From contig CBDAON010000004.1 in the NCBI GenBank assembly GCA_965198065.1, positions 2,400,001 through 2,464,000 of the forward strand: DNA of 64,000 nt, read 5' to 3'. This DNA is from Longimicrobiales bacterium. Lineage in GTDB: Bacteria; Gemmatimonadota; Gemmatimonadetes; Longimicrobiales; Gaopeijiaceae. Of the stretch, positions 61,438 through 64,000 are shown in pieces. Position 1 is the first letter of the stretch. Every line of letters starts with the position of its first letter. The notes below the pieces were generated by a model. That model did not search any database. It was not told the DNA's origin and saw only the letters and a program-made list of their open reading frames with translations. Position numbers and translations under genes: made by a program.

Positions 61438-62619
61438 ATGGCGACTGACACCTGGATCGTAGCGAGCGCTCGCACCCCCATCGGATCCCTGGGGGGCACG
61501 CTCAGCTCCGTCCCGGCCCCCATGCTCTCGGCGGCGTGTGTCTCGGCCGTGATCTCCAGAGCGGGTGTTGCCCGAGAAGAGGTCGATGAAGTGATCATGG
61601 GGAACGTGGTCAGCGCGGGGATCGGTCAGAACCCGGCGCGTCAGGCGGCGATCCGGGGGGGCCTTCCTCCTTCCGTCGGGGCGACGACCGTGAACAAGGT
61701 CTGCGGCTCGGGTCTCAAGGCGGTGATGCTGGCGGACCAGGCGGTTCGCGTGGGCGAACGGGGGGTGGTCATCGCGGGCGGCATGGAGAGCATGAGCCTC
61801 GCGCCGTACCTGCTCCCGCGCGCGCGCCAGGGGTACCGGATGGGGCATGGCCAGCTCCTGGACTCGATGGTGCACGACGGTCTCTGGGACGTCTACGGCG
61901 GCGAGCACATGGGCCATTACGGGGACGCCTGTGCCGCGAAGCACGATTTCACTAGGGAGGAGCAAGACGACTTCGCGGTCCGGAGCTACGAGCGGGCGAT
62001 CGACGCGGCGGAGCGAGGGATCTTCGCGCGGGAGATCGTGCCCGTCGAAGTGCCGATTCGCGGAGGCTCGACCTGGGTAGCCGAGGACGAGGAGCCCGGT
62101 CGTTTCAACGAGGCGAAGCTTCGCTCGCTGCCGCCGGCCTTCGGCGATGACGGCACGGTCACGGCCGGCAACGCATCCAGCGTGAACGATGGCGCCGCGG
62201 CCGTCCTCGTGGCCTCGAAAGAGCGATGCGCGAGCTTGGGTCTCACGCCCGTCGCGCGGATCGTGGGCTCGGCGACCTTCAGCCAGGAGCCGGAGTGGTT
62301 CACGACCGCACCGATCGGGGCGATCCAAGAGTTGCTCCGCCGGGTCGATTGGACGGTCGATGACGTCGACCTGTTCGAGATCAACGAGGCGTTCTCCAAC
62401 GTGCCGATGGCAGCGCAGAAGGCCCTCGGCATCGCGGACGAGAAGCTGAACGTGCTCGGCGGCGCGGTGGTGCTGGGACACCCGATCGGGGCAAGCGGCG
62501 CGAGGATCCTGGTGACGCTTCTGAACGCGCTGGGCGAACGCGACGGGCGGCGGGGCGTGGCCAGCCTCTGCCTCGGCGGTGGCGAAGCGGTCGCGATGGC
62601 CGTGGAAAGGGCTGACTGA
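61438..62619 (+). CDS. acetyl-CoA acetyltransferase (thiolase)
   Basis: GQNPARQA, NKVCGSG, GGMESMS, EINEAF, GHPIGASG, CLGGG. Confidence 0.95.
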   Translation: MATDTWIVASARTPIGSLGGTLSSVPAPMLSAACVSAVISRAGVAREEVDEVIMGNVVSAGIGQNPARQAAIRGGLPPSVGATTVNKVCGSGLKAVMLADQAVRVGERGVVIAGGMESMSLAPYLLPRARQGYRMGHGQLLDSMVHDGLWDVYGGEHMGHYGDACAAKHDFTREEQDDFAVRSYERAIDAAERGIFAREIVPVEVPIRGGSTWVAEDEEPGRFNEAKLRSLPPAFGDDGTVTAGNASSVNDGAAAVLVASKERCASLGLTPVARIVGSATFSQEPEWFTTAPIGAIQELLRRVDWTVDDVDLFEINEAFSNVPMAAQKALGIADEKLNVLGGAVVLGHPIGASGARILVTLLNALGERDGRRGVASLCLGGGEAVAMAVERAD

Positions 62620-62642
62620 CCCGCGCTCGTCTTCGATCGCGG

Positions 62643-64000
62643 TCAGCGTGCGGCGACCTCTCGACCTCGCCGCTCCCGCGGCCGGAGGACCCAGGACTTG
62701 GGGGCCAGCCCCGGAGCGATCCGGGCCAGGTCCACGTCCGGATCGATCAGCCGGGCGCTCGGGCGACCGTTCAGGCTCACGAACGCGTCCGCCCGGACCT
62801 CGGGACGGACGCCCGTCTCCGCCTCGACCTCGTCGCGGATGTGGTGGGCCAGCTCCAGGATCATGTCCGGCTGGAACGCCATCTGCTTCTCCTGCTGCGT
62901 CGTGAGAAGACCAGCCGGATACACCTCCCACGAAAGGGCCGAGGCGGGATCCCGAACGCGGTACACGACCGAGCCGGACTTCTCCACGAGCATCACCCGC
63001 CAGGAGAAGCGATACCCCTCTTCTGTCCAGAGCACGGGCCCCTCGTACGCGAGATGGCGAAGCGGCACGAGGAGCTGCACGGCGAAGAAGCCGACGAGCG
63101 CGGTCCGCAGACCTCGCGGCGCGAGCCCCACGTCTCCTGGCTGCGGCGCGGCGCGGGGAGACCCGGCCAGCGGATCGGGCGTGCGGAGGGCTCGGCGGTC
63201 CCGAGCTCGCCCAAGTGCGAGGGACCTCACGAAGCGGCCTGCCCGCCGGAGCTCGTCCGCGTCGAAGAACACGATCGTGGACGCGATCATGATCCACGGG
63301 AACATTCCGATCGGGAAGAGCGCGGCGGTGGCCACGTGAAAGCCTACGACCGCGATGTATGCCCATGGACGGACCCGCCGGATCGAGAGCAGCACGGGGA
63401 CCGAGAGATCGAAGGCCGCGCCTCCCCAGCTCATCGTGTACGCCACCCACGGCTCGTCGAACAGGGCCCCCAGGATCGGAAGCCCCGTTCTTGAAGAGAG
63501 CTAGATGCGGAGTGGGAGCGCCGCGAAGAGCCAGTCTCCGTTCAGCTTGGCCATCCCGGCGAACACATAGACGATCGCGATCTGGAGTTGGAGCGCCCGG
63601 AAGATCCACGTCGGGGCTGCCCCGCCGCCGGTCTCTTCCCCCAAACGTCCCCAGCGATCCAGGGGCAGGAAGATCAGGAGGAAGGACACGAGCGAGACGA
63701 AGTAGTAATGGTTCAGGTACGTGGCCTTGTCGAGCAGCTCCACGTATGTGAACGAGAGGAAGAACCCCACGGCCGCCGGGCGGTAGAGGCGTCCCGCCGC
63801 GACGAGCAGCACGCACGCCATCTGAACGCCGAAGACTGCGTAGAGCCAGTCGCCCGGAAGCGGCCGAACCCACTCGAAGAAGAGGTAATGGAAGTGGAAG
63901 TCGGGATCGACGTACTGGCTCTCGACCCATCCCTTCGCTACGAAGCGGGCCGCGCCCGAGAACATGAGGAGGCCGAACGCGACGCGGAAGACGACGAGCA
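62643..64000 (-). pseudogene. HTTM-domain / vitamin K-dependent carboxylase-like protein, 5' end outside window, in-frame TAG
   Basis: YLNHYYF, VYVFAGMAKLNGDW, FPIGMFPW, WTEEGYRFSWRVM, QPDMIL, SLNGRP; TAG at 63501-63503. Confidence 0.85.

Noticed and set aside
8534..63503. Amber (TAG) recoding or pyrrolysine use
   Set aside because: Expected residues differ (likely Trp, Tyr, Gln/Glu), most of the same genes also carry frameshifts, and TAG ends apparently complete genes (14885, 16694, 35939, 61287).
61366..63930. Long alternative-frame ORFs (854 aa here; also 16838-18337, 18114-19418, 1069-2049, 55482-56633)
   Set aside because: Shadow ORFs overlapping well-supported genes in GC-rich DNA, with no recognisable motifs.
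1..64000. CRISPR array, rRNA or complete tRNA
   Set aside because: No regularly spaced repeat-spacer series, rRNA-like stretch or full cloverleaf was found by eye.

Overview
GC-rich bacterial chromosome segment; gene content and protein style tentatively suggest Gemmatimonadota (inference only). Left part (1-28.9 kb) is mostly housekeeping or metabolic: end of an argB-argD-argH operon, a broken DAHP synthase preceded by an intact-looking aromatic amino acid attenuator, fbaB-rpiA-rpe coupled to an Hpt/response regulator/hybrid kinase phosphorelay, pdxH, trmH, an acyl-CoA ligase/enoyl-CoA hydratase cluster and several secreted proteins. 29-35.3 kb is a quinohemoprotein amine dehydrogenase (qhp) cluster whose three structural genes are deleted or scrambled while the maturation genes are intact. 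36-58.5 kb is a mobile-element graveyard: inverted IS256 copies enclose inverted IS3 copies, an intact IS1595 with passenger genes and a candidate structured RNA, two half-tRNAs with att-arm-like repeats, terminase-small-subunit-like ORFs and three orphan copies of one gene 3' end. Pseudogenes are frequent (microhomology deletions, micro-inversions, 1-2 nt indels, in-frame TAG); genuine decay cannot be separated from sequencing or assembly error without reads. Best candidates for something new: the leaderless Tyr/Phe/Trp attenuator upstream of aroF and the promoter-driven structured RNA inside the IS1595 element. No CRISPR array, rRNA or complete tRNA was seen.
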